Origin: Betaproteobacteria bacterium
Lineage (GTDB): Bacteria; Nitrospirota; UBA9217
Length of the DNA: 37,484 nt
NCBI GenBank assembly: GCA_050257255.1
Contig: JBLMWN010000154.1
Span: 1-37,484 of the forward strand
Reading direction: 5' to 3'
Shown: piece after piece, positions 24,352 to 33,451 of the stretch
How positions within the stretch are numbered: position 1 is the first letter of the stretch
Layout of the letters: every line of letters begins with the position of its first letter
Translations under genes and position numbers: made by a program
The notes under the pieces: model-generated
Databases searched by the model: none
What the model saw: the letters and a program-made list of their open reading frames with translations, nothing else
Told to the model about the DNA's origin: nothing

Positions 24352-26184
24352 CTATCGTTTTGTTACAAGCTCTTTCACTGTTTTGATGATTCGTGAAGAG
24401 GATATTCCCTCAAAATCCAGCAGTTCATCAGGCTTGCCGCTGCGCGGCATTTTCCGCACGGCGAGCGCGTACACCGGAACGCACGTCCCGGAGAGTGCGC
24501 TCATGACTGCCTCCCCGACTCCTCCTTCGGCGAAGTGGTCCTCCGCCGTGATGACCGCGCCGGTGTCGCGCGCGGCGCGGGAAAGCGCGGCAACGTCCAG
24601 CGGCTTGATGCTGTAGAGGTCAATCACGCGGATCAGGATGTTTTCTTTCTTTAATTCCTCATATGCCTTGAGCGCCTCATGGAGCGTGATGCCCGCGGCG
24701 ACGACCACGGCAACGTCGGACTTGCTCGACTTCAGGATCTTGCATCCGCCGATGCGGAACACTTCATCGTTGCGGTAAATGATCGGCGTGTCCTTCCTCG
24801 TGGTGCGCAGATAGGCTATGCCTTTGTGCCTGGCCATCTCTTCGACAAGCTTTTCCGCGGACACTGCATCGGAAGGGTAGAGCACCACACTGTTCAGAAG
24901 CGTCCTGAACAGGGCAATATCTTCAAGGCCCATCTGGGACGACCCGTCCTCGCCGATCGAGACACCGGCATGAGATCCGCAGAATTTGATATTGGCGTTC
25001 GAGTACTGACTCATGCGGATCTGGTCGAAGGCGCGGGTAAGGAAGGCGGAAAAGGTCGAGACGAAGGGGACATTACCCCGGATCGAAAGGCCCAGCGCCG
25101 CGCCGACCATGTTCTGCTCGGCGATGTACATTTCGAAGAACCGCTCGGGATACGTTGCCTTGAAGATCTCCGAAAATGTGGAATTGCTCACCTCCGCGTC
25201 GAGCACGACCATACCGGGATAGGCGGGAAAGATGCGTTCGAGCGCCGTCCCGTAAGCATGTCGGGTGGCAACGGGCTTGTCCGATGCGTAGGAAACGGGT
25301 TTCATTTCACCCGCTTTTTGCTCCGGCGGTCTTTTGTCCTCCGGTTTTTCGATTGTTCCCCTGACGGATCTATCGATTGGTTCGAGTTCCTGAAGGGCTT
25401 TTGCAAGCTCGTCCTTTTTGAGCGGCTTGCCGTGCCAGCCGTTTTTGTCTTCGATAAACGATACCCCTTTGCCTTTGATGGTTTTGGCAATGATCATGAC
25501 CGGCTTTTCCGCGGACTGCATCGCTTGTCTGTATGCCGTCAGTATCTGGGGCATGTGATGACCGTCGATTACAATCGGCTCCCAGCCGAAGGCCGCTACC
25601 CGGTCCTTATAAACCGAGAGGTCATGACCGTACATCGTCTCCCCGCGCTGGCCGAGGCGGTTCACATCCATGATGCCGATAAGGTTATTGAGCTTGTAGA
25701 AGGCGGCGATCTCCATGGCCTCCCATTGGGACCCTTCCGCCATTTCACTGTCTCCGAGGAGCACGTAGGTCCGGTAAGGCAGTTTATCGATATACTTGGC
25801 ATTCATCGCCATGCCGACGCCGATGGAAAGCCCCTGGCCGAGCGAGCCTGTAGCGGCTTCGGTATATTTGAATTCACGCGTCGGATGGCCTTCGAGCGGG
25901 CTGTCGAACTTCCGGAACGTCAAGAGTTCCTTTTCGGTCAAGGCACCGGCAGCGGCCCAGATCGAGTAGAAAAGGGGCGAGGCATGGCCTTTGGAAAAGA
26001 TCAGTCTGTCGTTGTTCGGATGGTGCGGGTTGTCGAGGTCGTATCTGAACGTTCCGCCGAACAGGAGACCGGTCATAAGATCTGCGGCAGACAGCGAAGA
26101 GGTCGGGTGTCCGGAGCCTGCTTCGGTGGACATGACGAGGCTGTAGTAGCGGATGAGCCTGGCGATGGATTCAAGGTTGTTCAT
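24352..26184 (-). CDS. tkt: Transketolase
   Basis: AGGAGG SD. TPP-binding motifs GSGHPTSSLSAADL, TGSLGQGLSIGVGMA and LLGDSEMAEGSQWEA. The Pyr and C-terminal domains follow in one 610-aa chain. Confidence 0.85.
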   Translation of the reverse strand: MNNLESIARLIRYYSLVMSTEAGSGHPTSSLSAADLMTGLLFGGTFRYDLDNPHHPNNDRLIFSKGHASPLFYSIWAAAGALTEKELLTFRKFDSPLEGHPTREFKYTEAATGSLGQGLSIGVGMAMNAKYIDKLPYRTYVLLGDSEMAEGSQWEAMEIAAFYKLNNLIGIMDVNRLGQRGETMYGHDLSVYKDRVAAFGWEPIVIDGHHMPQILTAYRQAMQSAEKPVMIIAKTIKGKGVSFIEDKNGWHGKPLKKDELAKALQELEPIDRSVRGTIEKPEDKRPPEQKAGEMKPVSYASDKPVATRHAYGTALERIFPAYPGMVVLDAEVSNSTFSEIFKATYPERFFEMYIAEQNMVGAALGLSIRGNVPFVSTFSAFLTRAFDQIRMSQYSNANIKFCGSHAGVSIGEDGSSQMGLEDIALFRTLLNSVVLYPSDAVSAEKLVEEMARHKGIAYLRTTRKDTPIIYRNDEVFRIGGCKILKSSKSDVAVVVAAGITLHEALKAYEELKKENILIRVIDLYSIKPLDVAALSRAARDTGAVITAEDHFAEGGVGEAVMSALSGTCVPVYALAVRKMPRSGKPDELLDFEGISSSRIIKTVKELVTKR

Positions 26185-26293
26185 AAGGGCCTCCTAACCC
26201 GGACAAGCCGGAACATTGAAACTTGGTCTTAATGATATTCTCCGCGTCTTTTGCGGCTCCGCACGAAAAAAATCTCGCCTTTTTGATTAGAAT

Positions 26294-26427
26294 AGAGTCT
26301 ATATTTAAAGTCCTTTTTCCGTCATGCCGGACTTGATCCGGCATCCAGAGGTGTCAGAAAAATCTTGGATTCCCGCTTTCGCGGGAATGACGATCTTGGT
26401 CTGATGAGCAGATAAAATACAGACTCT
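26294..26427. mobile_element. MITE-like 134-bp element downstream of nuoN, carrying a 71-bp double-hairpin repeat unit
   Basis: Terminal inverted repeats AGAGTCTATATTT (26294-26306) and AAATACAGACTCT (26415-27) match 12 of 13. They are flanked by the direct repeat AGAAT (26289-26293 and 26428-26432). Inside are hairpins ATGCCGGA-cttga-TCCGGCAT (26324-26344) and ATTCCCGC-tttc-GCGGGAAT (26369-26388). Confidence 0.6.
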
Positions 26428-26437
26428 AGAATAATAA

Positions 26438-27877
26438 TCAGAGCAAACTTTGTATCGTCTTTTTTATCAATTCGATAACCGGCCCCGGATACACCCCAAG
26501 ACAGACAAGGAGAAGCGTGAGCGTCCCGAGTGCCACGCTGCCGCTGCTTGTGCGTGATGCTGCCAGACCTGCCGGCCCCTCCTCTTCGGACCTTGCGAAC
26601 AACGCGACGATAATACGAAGATAATAAAACAGGCCGATAACGCTGTTGATCGCGAGAACGATCACCAACAGCCAGAGCGTTGACCCGACGCCCGCAGCAA
26701 CAACATAAAATTTCCCGACAAAACCGGCAGTCAACGGCATGCCTGCAAGCGAGAGGAGCATGGCGGTGAACACCCCGGCGAGCCATGGCCGCCTCCAGAC
26801 AAGGCCAAGATAGTCATCCATCCTGTCCGCGTCGCGGTCCGGACCGGAGAGTACGGTGACTACGCCGAATGAACCGAGTGTGGTAATGAAATAGGCGGCA
26901 AGGTAAAATGCCGCGGCAGTCAGGGCCATTGACCCGCTTGCCAGTACGGTCACAAGCAGATAGCCGAGATGAGAGATCGATGAGTATGCAAGGATGCGTT
27001 TCACGTTCGTCTGGAGCAGCGCCAGGAGATTTCCTGCGAACATGGAAGCGACGGCAATGATCGTCATGATCGTGAAAAGGGCCGGATAGGCATGGATGTC
27101 GATTTTCGTGAAATAGCGAAGGACGAGCGCAAACACTGCTCCCTTTGACGCGGTGGCAATGAAGGCCGTGACCGGCGCGGGCGCTCCCTCGTACACATCG
27201 GGCGTCCACAAATGGAAGGGGACTACTGCAAGCTTGAATCCGACGCCGACGATGATCATGCCGATTCCGGCCAGGAACGGCAGGCCGTGAACGCCCGGGC
27301 CTGACGCGCTCGAGCCAATCTCTCTGAATGCCATGCTTCCCGTCTCGGCATAGACGAGCGCCATCCCGAAAAGGATAAATGCAGACGAAACAGCAGCCAG
27401 GATCAGGTACTTGACGCCCGCCTCGACGCTTCGGTCGCTGTGACGGAGATACGCAGCGAGGGCATAGAGCGAGACGCTCAAAAGCTCGATGCCGAGAAAG
27501 AACGAAGCAAAGTGCGAAGCGGCAGCGAGCACGGCACAGCCGAGCGATGCGAGAAGCACCAGGAGATAAAATTCTTCCCGGTGACCGGCATGGATTTCCA
27601 GGTATGAATACGACAGGGCCGCAACGGCAAAGGCCGCAAGAACGATCAGCCCCATGAAAAAGAGTGCGTAGTGGTCGATCATGAGAAGCGGCGTTACTTC
27701 TCTCGGCGCCATGCGGGCCACACCGATGCAACCCGCGACCGTAAGCGCGAGACCGGCAAGCGTCAAACTCACCGTGAACGCGTGATTGCGATAGAACGCG
27801 ATCATGAGCATGACGGCAACCGCAGTGGTTGATGGGATGATCAAGGGTGCGAGAACCGTTAGATCCGTCATGTTCAC
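26438..27877 (-). CDS. nuoN: NADH-quinone oxidoreductase subunit N
   Basis: 479-aa polytopic antiporter-like subunit and last gene of the nuo run. Its start overlaps the nuoM stop by 4 nt. Confidence 0.9.
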   Translation of the reverse strand: MNMTDLTVLAPLIIPSTTAVAVMLMIAFYRNHAFTVSLTLAGLALTVAGCIGVARMAPREVTPLLMIDHYALFFMGLIVLAAFAVAALSYSYLEIHAGHREEFYLLVLLASLGCAVLAAASHFASFFLGIELLSVSLYALAAYLRHSDRSVEAGVKYLILAAVSSAFILFGMALVYAETGSMAFREIGSSASGPGVHGLPFLAGIGMIIVGVGFKLAVVPFHLWTPDVYEGAPAPVTAFIATASKGAVFALVLRYFTKIDIHAYPALFTIMTIIAVASMFAGNLLALLQTNVKRILAYSSISHLGYLLVTVLASGSMALTAAAFYLAAYFITTLGSFGVVTVLSGPDRDADRMDDYLGLVWRRPWLAGVFTAMLLSLAGMPLTAGFVGKFYVVAAGVGSTLWLLVIVLAINSVIGLFYYLRIIVALFARSEEEGPAGLAASRTSSGSVALGTLTLLLVCLGVYPGPVIELIKKTIQSLL

Positions 27878-29385
27878 CGCACGCCTCCTTGCATTGCCTC
27901 CGGCTGCTCATGCGATACGCTGCCTGCGATCGCGCTTATTACCGGCTCCGCTCTTCTCAGGAGCGGGCGCGGGAAAATGCCGAGCCAGAGTATCACGATG
28001 ATCATAACCGCCATCATGCCGGTCTCTCGCGCGGTAAGGTCGACAAGCTTCGGAACCTCTTTCTTTTCTCCATGGAATACCCGCTGAACGATCCAGAGTG
28101 AATAGATTGCCGCAAGGACAAGCCCGCTTGCGGCGATCACCGTCACGGTACTGTGGGTCCGGAACGAGCCGATGAAGACCAGGAATTCGGCAACGAAATT
28201 GCCGAAGCCCGGCAGGCCGAGCGAGGCCAGGGCAAAGACAAGCCCTACCCCGCTGAGGCGCGGCACCGTAGCCCAGAACCCGCCCATACGGTCCATCTCG
28301 CGGGTATGGATGCGCTCCTGGAGCATGCCCACTACGATAAAGAGCGCGCCCGTGCTCACGCCGTGCGCAACGATCTGCATGACCGCTCCGGAAAGCGCCG
28401 TCGGGTTGCCGACGAAAATGCCCAGAAGCACGAAACCCATATGGCTGACGCTGGTATATGCCACAAGACGTTTAAGATCGCTCTGGCCGAAGGCAAGCAC
28501 AGCTCCGTAGATGATTCCGATAATTGCAAGTAACAGCATGACCGGTGCGATTGATGTTGAAACCCCGGGAAAAAGAGGCAGGACAAAGCGCAGCAGTCCG
28601 TACGCACCGGTCTTGAGCAGGAGCCCCGCCAGGATAACGCTTCCGGCCGTCGGCGCTTCGGTATGTGCGTCGGGCAGCCAGGGATGGAATGGAACCACCG
28701 GCAGCTTCACAATGAACGCACTGAGGAATCCGAGCATGATCCAGAAAGCCGCGTTTGGCGTCATGGATGTTCCGAGGAGCAGGTTGTAGTCAAAGGTATA
28801 GGTGCCGGTTCCCCTGCCGTGGATAAAGTAGAGCGCAAGGATGGAAAGGAGCATCAGCAGACCGCCCGCCTGGGTGAAGATGAAAAACTTGAGCGACGCG
28901 TACACGCGATTGTCGTGGCCCCAGATGTTGATCAGAAAGTACATCGGCACGAGCATCAGCTCCCAGAAGAAGTAGAACAGGAAGAGGTCAAGGGAGAGAA
29001 ACACGCCGAGGATGCCGGCGAGTATCCAGAGGAGATTCAGGTGGAAGAACCCCACACGATCGCGGACTTCAGTCCAGGAGCAGATCACGGAGATAATGCC
29101 GAGGAACAGCGTGAGCGCCGCAAGCACCAGGCTCAGGCCATCCATGGCGAGATGAAGGCTGATCCCGAGCTGCGGGATCCAGGGCCTATTCAGTTCAATC
29201 AACCACGAACCGCGACTGAGGTCCAGCGGGACCGTCGATTCTGACCAGAGCCATGCCAGCAGGAGCGCATCGATCGCGAGCGAGGCAATCGAGACCCAGC
29301 GTGATGCCGTACTGTCTTTGTGGCCCAGAATCCACGCCGCGAGTCCGCCAAGAAGCGGTATGATGATGAGCCAGAGAAGGATCAT
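27874..29385 (-). CDS. nuoM: NADH-quinone oxidoreductase subunit M
   Basis: 503-aa Mrp/antiporter-like subunit with AGGAG SD. Motifs such as WLPDAHTEAPTAGSVILAG are typical of NuoM. Confidence 0.9.
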   Translation of the reverse strand: MILLWLIIIPLLGGLAAWILGHKDSTASRWVSIASLAIDALLLAWLWSESTVPLDLSRGSWLIELNRPWIPQLGISLHLAMDGLSLVLAALTLFLGIISVICSWTEVRDRVGFFHLNLLWILAGILGVFLSLDLFLFYFFWELMLVPMYFLINIWGHDNRVYASLKFFIFTQAGGLLMLLSILALYFIHGRGTGTYTFDYNLLLGTSMTPNAAFWIMLGFLSAFIVKLPVVPFHPWLPDAHTEAPTAGSVILAGLLLKTGAYGLLRFVLPLFPGVSTSIAPVMLLLAIIGIIYGAVLAFGQSDLKRLVAYTSVSHMGFVLLGIFVGNPTALSGAVMQIVAHGVSTGALFIVVGMLQERIHTREMDRMGGFWATVPRLSGVGLVFALASLGLPGFGNFVAEFLVFIGSFRTHSTVTVIAASGLVLAAIYSLWIVQRVFHGEKKEVPKLVDLTARETGMMAVMIIVILWLGIFPRPLLRRAEPVISAIAGSVSHEQPEAMQGGVR

Positions 29386-29437
29386 GGTTTAGAGACTCCT
29401 GACAAGCGGGTTTCTGTACTGTAAGTGACACGTTACA

Positions 29438-29474
29438 CCCTCTCCTTCAAGGAGAGGGATGGGGTGAGGATGGG
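29438..29474. repeat. Left inverted repeat of the DUF559 cassette (hairpin plus G-rich arm)
   Basis: CCCTCTCC-ttcaa-GGAGAGGG (29438-29458) then ATGGGGTGAGGATGGG (29459-29474). It is an imperfect reverse complement of 29839-29876. The DUF559 stop codon (29447-29449) lies in the loop. Confidence 0.65.
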
Positions 29475-29833
29475 TCATTTTTTATTACTTCCTGTAATAT
29501 TTTTTCTGAAACAGCTTCGAACTTTTGCAGGACTTCATGGTTCCAAAATCGAAGAACGCGAAAACCGGCTTTTTCCGGCAATTTCGTTCTGATGCCATCT
29601 TCGGCTCTTTGTTCCTGATGCTGACCCCCGTCAACTTCAATAACAAGCTGCTTTTCAAGGCAAACAAAATCGAGCATGAAATCTTCAAATGGGTGCTGCC
29701 TCCGAAATTTCAAACCGATCATTTGCCTGCCGCGCAGGAGGTTCCATAGTTTTCTCTCGGCGTCAGTCATGTTGCGTCGCAACGCGCGTTGTAGGTTGCC
29801 TTGATAAATTGCCTTGTTTGTCTGGCCTCGCAT
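29447..29833 (-). CDS. DUF559 domain protein (Vsr-like / PD-(D/E)xK endonuclease fold)
   Basis: LRRNMTDAERKLWNLLRGRQMIGLKFRRQHPFEDFMLDFVCLEKQLVIEVDGGQHQ...RTKLPEKAGFRVLRFWNHEVL matches the DUF559 consensus. GC is lower than in the flanking nuo genes. Confidence 0.85.
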   Translation of the reverse strand: MRGQTNKAIYQGNLQRALRRNMTDAERKLWNLLRGRQMIGLKFRRQHPFEDFMLDFVCLEKQLVIEVDGGQHQEQRAEDGIRTKLPEKAGFRVLRFWNHEVLQKFEAVSEKILQEVIKNDPSSPHPSP

Positions 29834-29838
29834 TGAAA

Positions 29839-29876
29839 CCCATCCCCACCTTGTTCCTCCCCTTGAAGGGGAGGAA
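29839..29876. repeat. Right inverted repeat of the DUF559 cassette
   Basis: CCCATCCCCACC (29839-29850), ttg, then TTCCTCCCC-ttgaa-GGGGAGGAA (29854-29876). The arrangement mirrors 29438-29474. Confidence 0.65.
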
Positions 29877-29943
29877 AACTTAATTACTCAGCCCCTCCCA
29901 TCCGATAGATGCATTCGCGGGCAGGCTTATGGAAGGCTACGGT

Positions 29944-31839
29944 TCACGGAAGAAAAATTATTATCCCCAAAAACACCACCGCGCCCAACGCAAGCGCCAT
30001 TGCGTACCAACGGATCCTGCCGGTTTGGGTTCTGCTCAAGACGCCGTGACCGGCACGATTCAGATACGCTATCCCTCTATAGCCGGAATCAATGAAGTCA
30101 CTTTTGTTGACATTGGCCAGCCAGAGGAAAGGGTTGATAAAGAGCATTCCATAGAGCCGATCAAAACCCCAGCCTGAGAACCAGAAACGCTGCAATCCGG
30201 CGCCGGCGCGAGATTGTGCTACCCGGCCTGCCATCTGAGGACTGCGGAGAAAGAAGCGATAGGCGATAAATATGCCCGCAAGCGAAACAAGCGAAGCAAT
30301 AACCTGAAACACAAGTTCGTTCCCGCCACCGGCCTGACGTGCGGCCTGATCATGGAACACCGGCTGCATGAAGTTCGAGAACAGAGACAGGTTGCCGAGC
30401 GTTTCGGGAAGCTCCACGAATCCCCCGACGATCGAAAAAAAAGCGAGGACGACGAGCGGTATAATCATGCTTGCGCCCGGTCGATGAGTCACTTCCATTT
30501 TTGTTGTACCGAAGAACGTGACGAAGACCATGCGGAACGTGTACAGTGAAGTGATGAATGCTCCAAGGAGTCCTGCTGCCCACAACCAGGGACTTCCGGT
30601 TTCTGATGACCAGGTTTTCCACAAGATAAGGTCCTTGCTGTAGAATCCGGCCGTCACGAGCGGCAGCGCCGAGAGTGAAGCCGAGCCGATGAGGAAGGAC
30701 CAGAACGTTGCCGGAAGCTTGTCACGCAGTCCGCCCATCCTGAACATGTCATGTTCATGGTGCTGGGCGAGGATCACCACGCCCGCGCCGAGGAAGAGGA
30801 GCGCCTTGAAGAACGCATGGGTCATGAAGTGGAACATGGCCGCTGACCAGGCCCCCACGCCGAGGCCAACGAACATGTAGCCGATCTGGCTGATTGTGGA
30901 GTAAGCGAGAACGCGTTTTATATCGCGCTGAGCGAGGGCGCTGAAGCCTGCCAGGAGAAGGGTCACCGCTCCTATTACGGCCACGGTTGTCCGGACCGCA
31001 GGCGCCAGCTCAAAGAGCACGTGCGTGCGTGCGATCAGGTAAACGCCGGCAGTGACCATGGTCGCCGCATGGATCAAGGCGCTCACGGGTGTCGGGCCCG
31101 CCATGGCATCGGGCAGCCACACCTGGAGGGGTATCTGGGCTGACTTGCCGAGAGCGCCGCCGAGAAGCAGAGCAGCGGCGAGGATCGCGGTTTCAGAGCC
31201 GGCTGGCCACGTGACCTGTGCAGTCCGCATCAGCTCCTGGATGTTCAGCGTTCCCAGGTTCGTGAAAAGAAGAAAAAGTCCGATTGCCATTGCCGTATCG
31301 CCGATACGGGTCACGATGAAGGCCTTGCGCGCGGCGCGGCCGTTCACGGGATCGGTATACCAGAAACCGATCAGGAGATAACTGCAGAGCCCCACGCCTT
31401 CCCACCCGAGATACAGGAGCACGAGGTTGTCGGCGAGCACGAGGGTGAGCATGGCGCCAACGAACAGGTTCATGTAGGCGAAGAAACGGCTATAGCCCTC
31501 TTCTTCAAGCATGAACTCGACGGAGTAGAGGTGAATAAAAAATCCGACAACAGTAACGACGAGAACCATAATCAGCGAGAGCGGGTCGAGCGAAAACGAT
31601 ATTGACGGTGCATAACCGTCAAACTGCATCCAGGTCCAGAGCGTCTGGGTAAAGGCAGAGCCTTGCGGCGGAGAGATAATGAAGCTGCAGCCGATTAGAA
31701 TGGCGAGTAGCGCCGAGATCCCGACCGTGCCCGCACCGACGAAGGCAACAGCCCCCCTGGGCATGCGGCGGCCCGCGATCGCCAGGATGATGAATCCTGC
31801 GAAGGGAACGGCGGGTATGAGGAAGAGAAGTTCGTTCAT
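29944..31839 (-). CDS. nuoL: NADH-quinone oxidoreductase subunit L
   Basis: 631-aa antiporter-like subunit with the long C-terminal extension typical of NuoL, including WLPDAMAGPTPVSALIHAATMVTAGVY. Confidence 0.9.
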   Translation of the reverse strand: MNELLFLIPAVPFAGFIILAIAGRRMPRGAVAFVGAGTVGISALLAILIGCSFIISPPQGSAFTQTLWTWMQFDGYAPSISFSLDPLSLIMVLVVTVVGFFIHLYSVEFMLEEEGYSRFFAYMNLFVGAMLTLVLADNLVLLYLGWEGVGLCSYLLIGFWYTDPVNGRAARKAFIVTRIGDTAMAIGLFLLFTNLGTLNIQELMRTAQVTWPAGSETAILAAALLLGGALGKSAQIPLQVWLPDAMAGPTPVSALIHAATMVTAGVYLIARTHVLFELAPAVRTTVAVIGAVTLLLAGFSALAQRDIKRVLAYSTISQIGYMFVGLGVGAWSAAMFHFMTHAFFKALLFLGAGVVILAQHHEHDMFRMGGLRDKLPATFWSFLIGSASLSALPLVTAGFYSKDLILWKTWSSETGSPWLWAAGLLGAFITSLYTFRMVFVTFFGTTKMEVTHRPGASMIIPLVVLAFFSIVGGFVELPETLGNLSLFSNFMQPVFHDQAARQAGGGNELVFQVIASLVSLAGIFIAYRFFLRSPQMAGRVAQSRAGAGLQRFWFSGWGFDRLYGMLFINPFLWLANVNKSDFIDSGYRGIAYLNRAGHGVLSRTQTGRIRWYAMALALGAVVFLGIIIFLP

Positions 31840-31865
31840 AGCTTAGAATTCCAGAGTGAGAGCGG

Positions 31866-32177
31866 CTACCCTTTCATCCTGCTTGCGGCATCCGAATCCA
31901 GAGTCTTGAAGCTGTGATACAGCTGGAGTACAAGCGCCAGACCCACGGAAACTTCGGCCGCGGCCATGGTCAGGATGAAAATGAACATGATCTGACCATC
32001 GACCCTTGCCCAGCGCGCTCCGGCGACAACGAAGGCCAGGCCCACCGCATTCAGCATGACCTCAACGCTCATGAGCATGAAAACGATATTCCGGCGTACG
32101 AGCACGCCGATCAATCCGAGTGCAAAAAGAACAGCGGCGAGGATGAGGCCATGTTCCATGGGAATGCCTGCGATCAT
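31866..32177 (-). CDS. nuoK: NADH-quinone oxidoreductase subunit K
   Basis: About 100 aa with three transmembrane helices. (M)[23 protein letters not shown] closely parallels the E. coli NuoK N-terminus. The start may be the internal Met at 32159. Confidence 0.9.
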   Translation of the reverse strand: MIAGIPMEHGLILAAVLFALGLIGVLVRRNIVFMLMSVEVMLNAVGLAFVVAGARWARVDGQIMFIFILTMAAAEVSVGLALVLQLYHSFKTLDSDAASRMKG

Positions 32178-32206
32178 TACTTCTCCTCCAGTACTGAGTA
32201 ACAGGA

Positions 32207-32701
32207 CTAATGTTTATGCGGCCTGCCGAGATGATAGGCCCCAATGAGACCGGCCAGGAGCAGCATGGAAGCCAGTTCAACACCGATCACGTAAGGGCCG
32301 AAAAGAGCTATTCCAACCTGCTTGGGCGTTACCATGGCAACAGCAGGAAGCCGCTCCCGCCCGGCAGTGAACATAAAGATCAATTCGACTGCAAGGATCG
32401 CACAGAGGATCGAAGGCCCGATCCATATCTTCGGCCGGATCCACTGAGCTTCCTGTTCGGCCGCCTGCGAGCCGAGGTTCAGCATCATGATCACAAAGAC
32501 GAAGAGCACCATGATCGCGCCGGCGTAGATGATCACCTCAAGCGCGGCGACGAAGGGCGCCCCGAGAGTGAAAAAAATCAGTGCAACCGCGAGCAGCGAA
32601 ACGATCAGGTACAACAGCGCGTGCACGGCACGCGACCTCGTGATGACCATGAACGTCGAGATGACCGCTACGACAGCTGATATGTAGAATAAAAGATTCA
32701 T
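32207..32701 (-). CDS. nuoJ: NADH-quinone oxidoreductase subunit J
   Basis: [37 protein letters not shown] parallels the NuoJ N-terminus. The ATG at 32701 has a GGAAAGG SD, whereas the track start (GTG 32719) has none. Confidence 0.85.
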   Translation of the reverse strand: MNLLFYISAVVAVISTFMVITRSRAVHALLYLIVSLLAVALIFFTLGAPFVAALEVIIYAGAIMVLFVFVIMMLNLGSQAAEQEAQWIRPKIWIGPSILCAILAVELIFMFTAGRERLPAVAMVTPKQVGIALFGPYVIGVELASMLLLAGLIGAYHLGRPHKH

Positions 32702-32770
32702 GGGCCTTTCCGTATCCACAGATTACGCTGGTTGCGTGGTGTTAAAGCAGTGAAATATGCGGATAGTGTT

Positions 32771-33286
32771 CTACGGCAAGAGGCTTTTCGTGTCAACGGG
32801 CCGCTCTTCATTCTCCGCCTCGCCCTTGTCCTTCCCCTTGATCGCGAGTCCCGCGACGCGGTAGAAATTGTAATCAGGGTATTTGCCCGGTCCGCTGATG
32901 AGAAGGTCCTCTTTTTCGTAAACCAGGTTTTGTCGCTTATACTCGCTCATCTCAAAATCAGTCGTGAGCTGGATTGCATAGGTCGGGCAGGCCTCTTCGC
33001 AGTATCCGCAGAATATGCAGCGCGAGAAGTTGATGCGGAAGAATTCGGGATACCGTCTTCCGTGTTCATCCTCCGCAGCCTGAAGCGAAATACAGTCCAC
33101 CGGACACGCCACCGCGCAGAGGTAGCATGCCACGCAGCGCTCCCCGCCGTCCGGGTCGCGAGAAAGAATGATGCGTCCGCGCCACCGGGGAGGGATGGAG
33201 GGCTTCTCTTCTGGATACAGGATCGTCGCCCGCTTCCGGAGCATGGTCTTGAAGACCGTCCAGATTGTCTTGAGAAGGCTAAGCAT
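32771..33286 (-). CDS. nuoI: NADH-quinone oxidoreductase subunit I (2x[4Fe-4S] ferredoxin-type)
   Basis: Two CxxCxxCxxxCP motifs ([24 protein letters not shown]). YPEEK is near the N-terminus. The ATG at 33286 is preferred over the track's TTG at 33310. Confidence 0.9.
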   Translation of the reverse strand: MLSLLKTIWTVFKTMLRKRATILYPEEKPSIPPRWRGRIILSRDPDGGERCVACYLCAVACPVDCISLQAAEDEHGRRYPEFFRINFSRCIFCGYCEEACPTYAIQLTTDFEMSEYKRQNLVYEKEDLLISGPGKYPDYNFYRVAGLAIKGKDKGEAENEERPVDTKSLLP

Positions 33287-33328
33287 AATTAATTCCTGCC
33301 ATAAGGTCAACGGAGATGCATCTTATCT

Positions 33329-33397
33329 GTCATTCTTGAGCAGGCAGGAATCCAGAGTATTTTAAAATCACTGGATTCCCGCTTTCGCGGGAATGAC
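33329..33397. repeat. Second copy of the ~70-bp double-hairpin repeat, in the nuoH-nuoI spacer
   Basis: TGGATTCCCGCTTTCGCGGGAATGAC at 33372-33397 is identical over 26 nt to 26366-26391. ATCCAGAG is shared upstream. The first hairpin is degenerate here (ATTCTT..AGGAAT). The 8-bp direct repeat TCTTATCT occurs at 33321-33328 and 33423-33430. Confidence 0.7.
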
Positions 33398-33451
33398 ATA
33401 GTGTAAGGATTATTCCTCTGACTCTTATCTCCGAGCTTTTTGGTCTCAAGT

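Noticed and set aside
24679-26232. 517-aa plus-strand ORF antisense to transketolase
   Set aside because: The product is a low-complexity Arg/Gly/Asp-rich translation with no SD. The minus strand encodes an unmistakable transketolase.
26814-27911. 365-aa Arg/Cys/Pro-rich same-strand ORF inside nuoN, and similar ORFs inside nuoM, nuoL and nuoG
   Set aside because: These are alternative-frame artefacts of long GC-rich membrane-protein genes with no independent signals.
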